From positions 76,609 to 140,608 of the forward strand of contig OZ244961.1 in the NCBI GenBank assembly GCA_965222715.1: DNA of 64,000 nucleotides, written 5' to 3'. The notes under the pieces were generated by a model. It worked only from the letters and a program-made list of their open reading frames with translations. It had not been told where the DNA came from and did no database searches. The translations under genes were made by a program, and so were the position numbers. The DNA is from Minisyncoccota bacterium (GTDB taxonomy: Bacteria; Patescibacteriota; Minisyncoccia; Phycocordibacterales; JABMNX01). Shown one piece after another: positions 38,567 through 48,518 of the stretch. The stretch's first letter is position 1; each line of letters starts with the position of its first letter.

Positions 38567-39109
38567 ATGAAAAAAAATATCTCTACACAAAACTTTATAC
38601 AAAAACAGTCTCTAAAGAATACACAACGAGGTTTTACTCTTATTGAAACCCTTGTAGCGATATCAATACTCCTTCTTTCTGTTGGTGCTCCACTAACCAT
38701 TGCATCAAAAGGCCTCGCGAGTTCATTTTTTGCTCGCGACCAAATAACTGCATTTTACTTAGCTCAAGATGCTGTCGAGTTTGTGAGAAATACGAGGGAC
38801 AACAACACACTTTCATCGGCTTCTTGGCTTACTGGCTTCCCGAGTACTGACGGTGAAGCGTTTACTGTCGATACGGTTGATGGGGACATGGCCTTGTGTT
38901 CAGTAACTTGCCCAGCACTTGAATACAATGAATCAACAGATTTTTATAGCTACGATGATCCTGCTGCAGATGAAAGCATTTTCACTCGTTCAGTTAGCAT
39001 AGAGACTATTAATGGAAACGAGGTGCTCGTCACGGTCTCTGTGTCTTGGTCGACGGGAGTGTTTAACCGCACCTTTAGTGTGAAGGAGAGTATTCTTGAT
39101 TGGCAGTAG
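38567..39109 (+). CDS. Minor pilin (PilV-like)
   Basis: RG/FTLIETLVAI. Confidence 0.85.
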   Translation: MKKNISTQNFIQKQSLKNTQRGFTLIETLVAISILLLSVGAPLTIASKGLASSFFARDQITAFYLAQDAVEFVRNTRDNNTLSSASWLTGFPSTDGEAFTVDTVDGDMALCSVTCPALEYNESTDFYSYDDPAADESIFTRSVSIETINGNEVLVTVSVSWSTGVFNRTFSVKESILDWQ

Positions 39110-39125
39110 ACTGAGCATACATGTT

Positions 39126-39590
39126 ATGAAGCATATAAACAAAAAACACACATCGTCACAGAAGGGATTCACACTACTTGTTGCTGTTCTTGTTTCAGGA
39201 GTACTACTTGCTATTGGTCTTGCTATATTTAATATCACCATTAAAGAAATTCTCCTCTCATCATCTGGGCGTGATTCTCAATTTGCATTTTACGCTGCTG
39301 ACTCAGGAACCGAGTGTGCGCTCTATTGGGACCAGAAGGGTGGGGGTTTTTCTACCTCAACTGCGGGCACGATAAATTGTAATAACACCAGTATTCCAAA
39401 TATTGGTGGGGTAGGGTACGATACCGAAATGACTTTTCAGTTCGAGGTTGATGGTTTCTGCTCAGCTGTGTCCGTGACTAAAAGTGAAACGCATCCACGT
39501 ACAAAAATAGAGTCAAAAGGGTATAATACCAGTTGTGATAATACCCTGAATCCACGACGTATTGAGCGTGCGATACGGGTTACCTACTAA
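39126..39590 (+). CDS. Minor pilin (PilX-like, lacks Glu5)
   Basis: KG/FTLLVAVLV and AFYAADSGTECAL. Confidence 0.85.
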   Translation: MKHINKKHTSSQKGFTLLVAVLVSGVLLAIGLAIFNITIKEILLSSSGRDSQFAFYAADSGTECALYWDQKGGGFSTSTAGTINCNNTSIPNIGGVGYDTEMTFQFEVDGFCSAVSVTKSETHPRTKIESKGYNTSCDNTLNPRRIERAIRVTY

Positions 39591-41621
<2,031 letters not shown>

Positions 41622-41638
41622 AGGTATTCTTGGCTCAT

Positions 41639-41929
41639 ATGTCTGATACATCTCATATTGAAAAACTAGCTGCACTCTCACGAATCACTCTGACACAAGA
41701 AGAGCTTGAGGGACTTGCAGAAGACATTGAAGCCATTTTGGGTTACGTAGAGCAAATACAAGAGGTCTCTACACACACAGAAGTTGGTGATAACGGTCTC
41801 GTACATAATGTTATGCGTGAAGACGGAGAGCCACATGAGCCTGGTGTACATTCTGAGGCACTACTTAAACAGGCGCCTGCAACGAAGAATGGTTTTTTTG
41901 AGGTGAAAAAAGTTATCGATCAGAAATAA
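41639..41929 (+). CDS. gatC: Asp/Glu-tRNA amidotransferase subunit C
   Basis: KLAALSRI, ILGYVEQI, VMRED; precedes gatA. Confidence 0.9.
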   Translation: MSDTSHIEKLAALSRITLTQEELEGLAEDIEAILGYVEQIQEVSTHTEVGDNGLVHNVMREDGEPHEPGVHSEALLKQAPATKNGFFEVKKVIDQK

Positions 41930-41942
41930 ATAGTAAGTAACA

Positions 41943-43346
41943 ATGGATACACGTACACTTACAATTACTCAGGCCAACCAAGATCTTACTGATAAAAAAT
42001 ACTCAGCAGTAGATCTTGCGAAAGCATATCTAAAAAATATAGAAAATGATCAAACAGGTGCGTACCTTGAGGTGTTTGATGATGTGCTTGAGCAGGCACA
42101 GAAAGCTGACGAGCGTATACAAAAAGGAGACACTACTCCGTTGTGTGGGATTCCGCTTGGAATAAAGGACAACATTCTTATACATAACAGGCAAGCAAGT
42201 GCTGGTTCAGAAATGCTCAAAGAGTATCGAGCAACATATGATGCAACAGTTATCAGAAAACTTAAAGAAGAAGGGAGTATATTTTTAGGTCGCACAAATA
42301 TGGACGAGTTTGCGATGGGTTCTTCGACAGAGAATTCTGCGTTTGGTGTAGTAAAAAATCCACACGATCTCGCGCGAGTTCCTGGTGGTTCATCTGGCGG
42401 CTCGGCTGCAGCAGTTTCGGGAGATGTCGCGCTTGCCGCTCTCGGCTCAGATACAGGTGGTTCAATACGGCAGCCAGCAAGTTTTTGCGGCATTGTTGGT
42501 TTAAAGCCAACCTATGGAAGTGTCTCACGGTACGGACTTATCGCACTTGGCTCATCACTTGACCAAATAGGACCACTCACAAAAACAGTTGCTGACACCA
42601 GAATACTTTTTTCTACAATAAGAGGGAATGACCCAAAAGATAGTACATCACTTCCACAAGAAAAATTCACTAACACTGCTACTAAGGTAAAACGTATTGG
42701 TGTTCCCCGAGGGTTAATGGAAAAAGGAGTAGACGCTGGTGTACTAGAAAATTTTGAAGAGACACTTAAAAAACTTACAGAAGAGGGATATGAGATTGTC
42801 GACATTACACTCCCACAAGCAGTATACGCACTTCCTGCCTACTACATTGTTATGCCAGCTGAAGCCTCAACGAATCTTGCACGCTTCGATGGTGTACGTT
42901 ATGGATTATCTGTTGAGGGTGAGGGGATAGTTGAAGGGTATGCTGAGAGTAGAAGTAAGGGGTTTGGCAAAGAAGTTCGTCGCCGTATTCTTCTTGGTAC
43001 ACATGTACTTTCAGCAGGATATTACGACGCGTATTACACAAAGGCGCAGGCACTTCGGGCGCAGCTCATTAAAGATTTCAATGAAGCCTTTAGTACTGTT
43101 GATGTTATTATGACACCCACAAGCCCTACACCTGCTTTTAAAATAGGAGAAAAGAGTGACCCACTTTCAATGTATGCGGCAGATATGTTTACCATTACTG
43201 CAAACTTAACCGGCATGCCAGCACTCTCAGTGCCGAGTGGTACAGTGTTACGAGAAGACACGTCACTTCCTGTTGGTATACAACTAACCGCGCCACACAT
43301 GGAAGAGAATAGACTATTTACTGTTGGTGAAAGTATTGAAAAGTAA
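41943..43346 (+). CDS. gatA: Asp/Glu-tRNA amidotransferase subunit A
   Basis: NMDEFAMGSSTE, GGSSGGS, GSDTGGSIRQPA. Confidence 0.97.
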   Translation: MDTRTLTITQANQDLTDKKYSAVDLAKAYLKNIENDQTGAYLEVFDDVLEQAQKADERIQKGDTTPLCGIPLGIKDNILIHNRQASAGSEMLKEYRATYDATVIRKLKEEGSIFLGRTNMDEFAMGSSTENSAFGVVKNPHDLARVPGGSSGGSAAAVSGDVALAALGSDTGGSIRQPASFCGIVGLKPTYGSVSRYGLIALGSSLDQIGPLTKTVADTRILFSTIRGNDPKDSTSLPQEKFTNTATKVKRIGVPRGLMEKGVDAGVLENFEETLKKLTEEGYEIVDITLPQAVYALPAYYIVMPAEASTNLARFDGVRYGLSVEGEGIVEGYAESRSKGFGKEVRRRILLGTHVLSAGYYDAYYTKAQALRAQLIKDFNEAFSTVDVIMTPTSPTPAFKIGEKSDPLSMYAADMFTITANLTGMPALSVPSGTVLREDTSLPVGIQLTAPHMEENRLFTVGESIEK

Positions 43347-43427
43347 TACTTAATTGCTAGGTAGATGTCTTCGCTACCCCCATACTCGTTTTTATAAAAT
43401 CTAATCTAGGCGGTATACTTTTAGATA

Positions 43428-44003
43428 ATGGAGTTTGCATACTTAAACACAGAGTTTATTTTCTCAACCATTTATAATTTTTTACTTAATGGAGATTTGC
43501 TCACTGTTCCTCGACAACTCATTGTTTTTTGGGATGGCTTTAAGATTGTCTCAACCATTATCTCCCTCCTCCTTCTTACAGGAATTGTGTATTCGTACAT
43601 TCGCCTTACACAAATTAGAAATGCTGAGCGTGAGGAAATTGAAAGAAAAACGGGTGGAACTGCAAGTCAGGAAGAAACAGAAACTCGGCGTGACGAGCGG
43701 TGGGATCGTGTTCTTCAGCAGGTGAATTCTGAAAACCCTAATGACTGGCGACAAGCAATCATCGATGCCGATATTATTCTTGACGATATTGTAACTCGAG
43801 CAGGATATCCAGGAGAGACGCTTGGCGAGCGCATGCGGGGTATTGAAAAGAGTGATTTTCGTACTATTGACGAGGCGTGGGAAGCGCATAAGGTACGAAA
43901 TCGTATTGCGCACGACGGTGCAGAATTCCAGCTTACCAAACGTGAAGCACTTCGTGTTATTGATCTGTACCGACAAGTGTTTGAAGAGTTTTATTACCTC
44001 TAA
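43428..44003 (+). CDS. Single-TM hypothetical protein with RxxxxH motif
   Basis: TM near the N-terminus; AWEAHKVRNRIAHD. Confidence 0.8.
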   Translation: MEFAYLNTEFIFSTIYNFLLNGDLLTVPRQLIVFWDGFKIVSTIISLLLLTGIVYSYIRLTQIRNAEREEIERKTGGTASQEETETRRDERWDRVLQQVNSENPNDWRQAIIDADIILDDIVTRAGYPGETLGERMRGIEKSDFRTIDEAWEAHKVRNRIAHDGAEFQLTKREALRVIDLYRQVFEEFYYL

Positions 44004-44043
44004 ACAAAATACACACCTTCTAAGGTGTGTATTTTGTAACGTG

Positions 44044-44114
44044 TTGCGGGGGCCGGACTCGAACCGGCGTCCCGAGGTTATGAGCCTCGTGAGGTACCGC
44101 TCCTCCACCCCGCG
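44044..44114 (-). tRNA. Initiator tRNA-fMet(CAU)
   Basis: C1:A72 mismatch (CGCGGGG/CCCCGCA), anticodon CAT. Confidence 0.9.
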
Positions 44115-44339
44115 ATATCTACATAAAAAACGCTCTACTGGCGTTTCTAATATACTACCACAAAAAAAGTGGTGTGTGAATAACGTTGAAAACACTGTAG
44201 GTTAATGGTATTTTAAGACATAAGCTCACACGAGCTTTTTCTATTAGTGACGTAGAGCGAACATACCGAGAAAATTAAGCAAAAGCTTTTTTCTTGGTAT
44301 CGAGTCAAGGAACTAATATAAGACGTTACTACTTTTATT

Positions 44340-44413
44340 GTCGGGGTAGCTCAGATGGTTAGAGCGCAGCACTCATAAAGCTGAGGTCGTGGGTTCGATC
44401 CCCACCCTCGACA
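44340..44413 (+). tRNA. tRNA-Met(CAU), elongator (Ile2 not excluded)
   Basis: Acceptor GTCGGGG/CCTCGAC, anticodon CAT. Confidence 0.88.
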
Positions 44414-44451
44414 CACGAAACTTTAAGTAAAATACAGTGTTACAGAAGGTA

Positions 44452-44661
44452 ATGATTCAAAAAATTACCCTTACGATATTTTTTACATGCCTTTTTATAA
44501 CAGCTGCACTCGTTCTTTATTTTGTTTGGAGCGAAGGTCCTCCGACAGATACTTGGGGACAGATAGCAGGAACTACTTTTATTGTTGGTTTAACGTCTTT
44601 TCTAACGTGGATTACTGAGTCAATCTATCGAATGAAGGTCGTTGCGAATAAAGAAAAATAA
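44452..44661 (+). CDS. Small two-TM hypothetical protein
   Basis: Two hydrophobic helices; lies between tRNA genes. Confidence 0.55.
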   Translation: MIQKITLTIFFTCLFITAALVLYFVWSEGPPTDTWGQIAGTTFIVGLTSFLTWITESIYRMKVVANKEK

Positions 44662-44702
44662 GCTATACTCTATGGACGTATTCGGTTTTTAAGAGCCGTA
44701 AT

Positions 44703-44777
44703 GCGGTGGTAGCTCAATTTGGTTAGAGCACTCGCCTGTCACGCGAGAGGTTGCGGGTTCAAGTCCCGTCCATCGCG
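44703..44777 (+). tRNA. tRNA-Asp(GUC)
   Basis: Acceptor GCGGTGG/CCATCGC, anticodon GTC, G73. Confidence 0.95.
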
Positions 44778-44978
44778 CATTAAACAGTTTGGCCCCAGTC
44801 TGGAAAGACTTGGGGCCTTACTGTTTAACAATAGCGGTGTGACTTGAAAGACGGAGCGAGCAAAGCGAGGAACAAGCTTACAGACCCCAAGACCTATTAT
44901 TGTGCATAAAGATAAACAAACTACACACAAGTATTATTTAAGCTTTACTCTAAACATAGAATTCGTTATCCTTTTAGT

Positions 44979-45578
44979 GTGAAGAAATCTTTTAACAAGA
45001 AAACCCTTCAGGACTTGTATGAAAAAGAGAAGCTTTCTGTTTCTGTGATTGCAAAACGTCTGGGATGTTCACAGAATAAAGTTAACTACTGGTTGAAAAA
45101 GTATGGAATTAATAAGAGGAGTATTTCTGAAGCTATTTATCTTAAAAACAATCCAAAAGGAGATCCATTTTTATTTAATCAACCTAAAAATGTATCCTCC
45201 TATTTTATCTATGGCCTTGGTTTGGGCTTATTTTGGGGAGAAGGGAATAAAAAAGATCGCCATTCAGTACGTCTAGGAAACTCTGATCCAAAATTAATCA
45301 GATACTTCATAAAGTTTCTTAAAGAAATATATAACATTGATGAAAGAAGGTTGCGTTTTGGAATTCAGGTTTTTAATGATGTATCATCGCATGAAGCACT
45401 GCTTTTCTGGAGTAAAGAGTTAAGCGTAGATAAAAGTCAATTTCAAAAAGTTGTTATAACGCCAACACGTGGCACTGGTTCATATAAAAAGAAGTCCAAG
45501 CACGGTGTCTTAACAGTGTATTTTTATAATAAAAAATTACGTGATACGATAATGGGCGCAATAGAAGGATTAAAGTAA
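44979..45578 (+). CDS. HTH plus LAGLIDADG-like domain protein
   Basis: N-terminal LSVSVIAKRLGCSQNKVNYWLKKYGI HTH; GLFWGEG..VRLGNSDPKLI..F motif; AT-rich. Confidence 0.7.
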   Translation: MKKSFNKKTLQDLYEKEKLSVSVIAKRLGCSQNKVNYWLKKYGINKRSISEAIYLKNNPKGDPFLFNQPKNVSSYFIYGLGLGLFWGEGNKKDRHSVRLGNSDPKLIRYFIKFLKEIYNIDERRLRFGIQVFNDVSSHEALLFWSKELSVDKSQFQKVVITPTRGTGSYKKKSKHGVLTVYFYNKKLRDTIMGAIEGLK

Positions 45579-45653
45579 GCCGGAGTAGTTCAGTGGTAGA
45601 ACGCCGTCATGGTAAGACGGAGGTCAAGAGTTCGATTCTCTTCTTCGGCTCCA
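45579..45653 (+). tRNA. tRNA-Thr(GGU)
   Basis: Acceptor GCCGGAG/CTTCGGC, anticodon GGT, encoded CCA. Confidence 0.95.
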
Positions 45654-45668
45654 GAGAGGAATATATTT

Positions 45669-45741
45669 GCCACCTTAGCTCAGTTGGTAGAGCGACGCAC
45701 TCGTAACGCGTAGGTCCGCGGTTCAATCCCGCGAGGTGGCT
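45669..45741 (+). tRNA. tRNA-Thr(CGU)
   Basis: Acceptor GCCACCT/AGGTGGC, anticodon CGT. Confidence 0.95.
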
Positions 45742-45788
45742 CAGGTAAAAGTCTCTTTCTTTTTATAACACTTTCTGTATACTGCCTA

Positions 45789-45908
45789 ATGGCATGGTTT
45801 TGGCAGTAATGACCGGGATCCACCGCTTGCGGTCGTAGTACTCCCCGCCGATTCTGTGTCATGGCCGAGGTTTGAGCTTCACCTCCTCAACCTCGGCCTT
45901 TTCTTTTT
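45789..45908 (+). ncRNA. Candidate small RNA upstream of prfB
   Basis: TATACT -10 at 45778-45783, long irregular hairpin, terminator with T-tract. Confidence 0.5.
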
Positions 45909-45923
45909 GCTATACTCTCTAAC

Positions 45924-46805
45924 ATGACGGACAAAGAAACTATTGAGAAAAAAATTGCTGAACTTGAGGCAGAAATGGTGAAGCCAGATTTTTGGCAGGA
46001 CAAAGAACGCGCTCAAGCAGTTATTAAAGAAATTCAAGAGCTTAAAACAGAAGCTGAAGGTGGTAGTAAATATGACAAAGGCGATGCAGTCGTCACCATC
46101 TTTTCTGGTGCGGGAGGAGATGATGCCGAAGATTTTTCCGCTCTTCTCTTTCGTATGTACAGTAAATACATTGAAGGAAAGGGGTGGGGTAGTGTCGTCA
46201 TTCACGAAAACTCAAACGACCACGGTGGTTTTCGCAACATCACTTTTGAAGTTTCTGGAAAGAACGTGTATGGCACACTGAAAAATGAGTCAGGAGTGCA
46301 TCGACTGGTACGCATTTCACCATTTAATGCCCAAGCAAAACGACATACCTCATTTTCAATGGTTGAAGTAGTGCCCAAAATTCCTAAAACCGATGACATA
46401 ACTCTTTCGGATGAAGAGATTGAAATACAGTTTACTAAATCAAGTGGACCGGGTGGTCAGAATGTAAACAAACGAGAGACTGCAGTGCGTATCATCCACA
46501 CCCCAACAAATATATCTGTACATGTTGAGTCAGAGCGAAGTCAGGCCCAGAACAAAGAAAAAGCGCTCGAGGTACTTAAAGGAAAACTGTATAAAAAACG
46601 TGAAGAAGACCGAAAGAAAGAAGCTCGTGGTCTTGCTATTTCACAAGGTATCGACGTCGAGTGGGGGAATCAAATTCGCTCGTACGTACTTCACCCGTAT
46701 AAGTTGGTCAAAGATCATCGCACCGACACTGAGGTACGGGACGTTGACAGTGTATTTAATGGAGATATTCAGGTATTCGTGGACGCCGAGCGTGATCTAG
46801 AGTAA
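45924..46805 (+). CDS. prfB: Peptide chain release factor 2, shortened
   Basis: LVRISPF, GPGGQ, WGNQIRSYVLHPY. Confidence 0.93.
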   Translation: MTDKETIEKKIAELEAEMVKPDFWQDKERAQAVIKEIQELKTEAEGGSKYDKGDAVVTIFSGAGGDDAEDFSALLFRMYSKYIEGKGWGSVVIHENSNDHGGFRNITFEVSGKNVYGTLKNESGVHRLVRISPFNAQAKRHTSFSMVEVVPKIPKTDDITLSDEEIEIQFTKSSGPGGQNVNKRETAVRIIHTPTNISVHVESERSQAQNKEKALEVLKGKLYKKREEDRKKEARGLAISQGIDVEWGNQIRSYVLHPYKLVKDHRTDTEVRDVDSVFNGDIQVFVDAERDLE

Positions 46806-46875
46806 AATGAATTCCATCGTTAACTGATATTGAAGCACTGGCTAAAAACGAACAGTTACACACAAGCATCTACTC

Positions 46876-47556
46876 ATGATTTACTTCGATAATGTTTCGA
46901 AACTATATAACGGAGGACATCCAGCACTTGAAGATGTGACTCTCTCGATTGAACCTGCTGAATTTGTTTCAGTGGTAGGGCACTCAGGTGCAGGTAAAAC
47001 AACGCTTCTTAAAATGCTTCTTGCAGAAGATTATCCAACAACTGGTGACGTGTTTTTTGAGTCAGCAAATATTAAAAACTTAGGGCGAGATGATCTTACG
47101 CGCTTACGACAGCGTATGGGTATGGTCTTCCAGGACTTTCGACTGATTCCTAATAAGACAGCGTATGAAAATATTGCCTTTGCTATGGAAGCCGCAGGAC
47201 GTTCTGAAGAAGAAATTGCGACTGATGTACCCTATGTTCTCGATTTGGTTGATTTGGGAGATAAAATTTGGAACTTCCCACGGGAACTTTCTGGTGGAGA
47301 AAAGCAGCGTGTTGCAATCGCGCGAGCAATTGTAAATCAGCCCGACATTGTGATTGCTGATGAGCCAACAGGGAACCTTGATCCAGTGAGCACCTTTGAT
47401 GTCGTACAAATTCTTAAGAAAATTAATGATTTAGGTACCACCGTTATTTTGACAACACACAATAAGGGAGTTATAGATTCACTCGGACGGCGAGTTATCA
47501 CTATGGATAGCGGTAGAATCGTGCGAGACGATAAATCAGGGCGTTATGCACTGTAG
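46876..47556 (+). CDS. ftsE: Cell division ATP-binding protein FtsE
   Basis: GHSGAGKT, VFQDFRL, LSGGEKQRV, ADEPTGNLDP. Confidence 0.94.
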   Translation: MIYFDNVSKLYNGGHPALEDVTLSIEPAEFVSVVGHSGAGKTTLLKMLLAEDYPTTGDVFFESANIKNLGRDDLTRLRQRMGMVFQDFRLIPNKTAYENIAFAMEAAGRSEEEIATDVPYVLDLVDLGDKIWNFPRELSGGEKQRVAIARAIVNQPDIVIADEPTGNLDPVSTFDVVQILKKINDLGTTVILTTHNKGVIDSLGRRVITMDSGRIVRDDKSGRYAL

Positions 47557-47591
47557 TCTCTCTTCACTCTGAGGTATACTGGTAGACAACT

Positions 47592-48518
47592 ATGTGGTGG
47601 ACAAACGTAAAGCGAATCATTAAGTATGGGTCAGTCGGATTTATCCGAAACAGTTTTGTCTCCCTCTCTACCATTCTTGTTATGACCATCACGCTTTTTG
47701 TGATCGGTTCTCTTATTTTTATTGGGGCAGTACTCAACACAACACTTGAACAAGTGCGTGACAAAGTTGATATTAACGTCTACTTTGTTACCACTGCTCC
47801 TGAGGGAAGTATTCTCTCACTAAAAAACTCAATTGAAGCACTGCCAGAGGTTGCTGAAGTAACATACACTTCACGTGAGGAAGCACTTGAGCGATTTCGT
47901 GAACGACACAAAGACGATCAACTCACCCTTCAAGCACTAGAAGAGCTTGAAGAAAACCCACTTGGTGCAAGTTTAAGTATTCGTGCAAAAGAAACATCTC
48001 AGTATGAAGGTATTGCAACATTCCTTGAGAATGATGCCGCGGTCTCTCCTGGAGAGGAAACGTTAGTTGAAAAGATTAACTACTTCCAAAACAAAGTTGC
48101 TATTGATCGACTCACACAGGTTATTGATTCGTCTGAACAATTTGGACTTGCAATCATTATTTTCTTACTTGCTGCGTCAGTGATGATCACCTTTAATACT
48201 ATTCGATTAGCGATTTACACGGCGCGTGATGAAATCTCTGTCATGAAACTTGTTGGTGCCGCAAACTCCTACGTGCGTGGACCGTTTGTATTTGAAGGGG
48301 TGCTCTATGGTATTACCGCTGGGTTCATCACCCTCATTCTTTTCTATCCACTGACGCTCTGGCTTGGTCCTGTTACAGAAGGGTTCTTTAATGAAATTAA
48401 CATCTTCCAGTACTATCTCGATAACTTTGGTGAAATCTTCCTCATTATTATGGGCACCGGTATCTTCTTGGGCGCGGTGTCTAGTTACTTGGCAGTGAGA
48501 CGGTACTTAAAGGTGTAA
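47592..48518 (+). CDS. ftsX: Cell division permease FtsX
   Basis: NPL, FNTIRLAI, EISVMKLVGA; follows ftsE. Confidence 0.93.
   Translation: MWWTNVKRIIKYGSVGFIRNSFVSLSTILVMTITLFVIGSLIFIGAVLNTTLEQVRDKVDINVYFVTTAPEGSILSLKNSIEALPEVAEVTYTSREEALERFRERHKDDQLTLQALEELEENPLGASLSIRAKETSQYEGIATFLENDAAVSPGEETLVEKINYFQNKVAIDRLTQVIDSSEQFGLAIIIFLLAASVMITFNTIRLAIYTARDEISVMKLVGAANSYVRGPFVFEGVLYGITAGFITLILFYPLTLWLGPVTEGFFNEINIFQYYLDNFGEIFLIIMGTGIFLGAVSSYLAVRRYLKV

Noticed and set aside
41639-43346. gatC-gatA without gatB as a novel amidotransferase
   Set aside because: gatB is often encoded elsewhere; cannot be judged from one window
43551-44205. ORFs of 214 aa (-) and 127 aa (+) across the initiator tRNA
   Set aside because: Overlap a tRNA and a better-supported gene; no motifs
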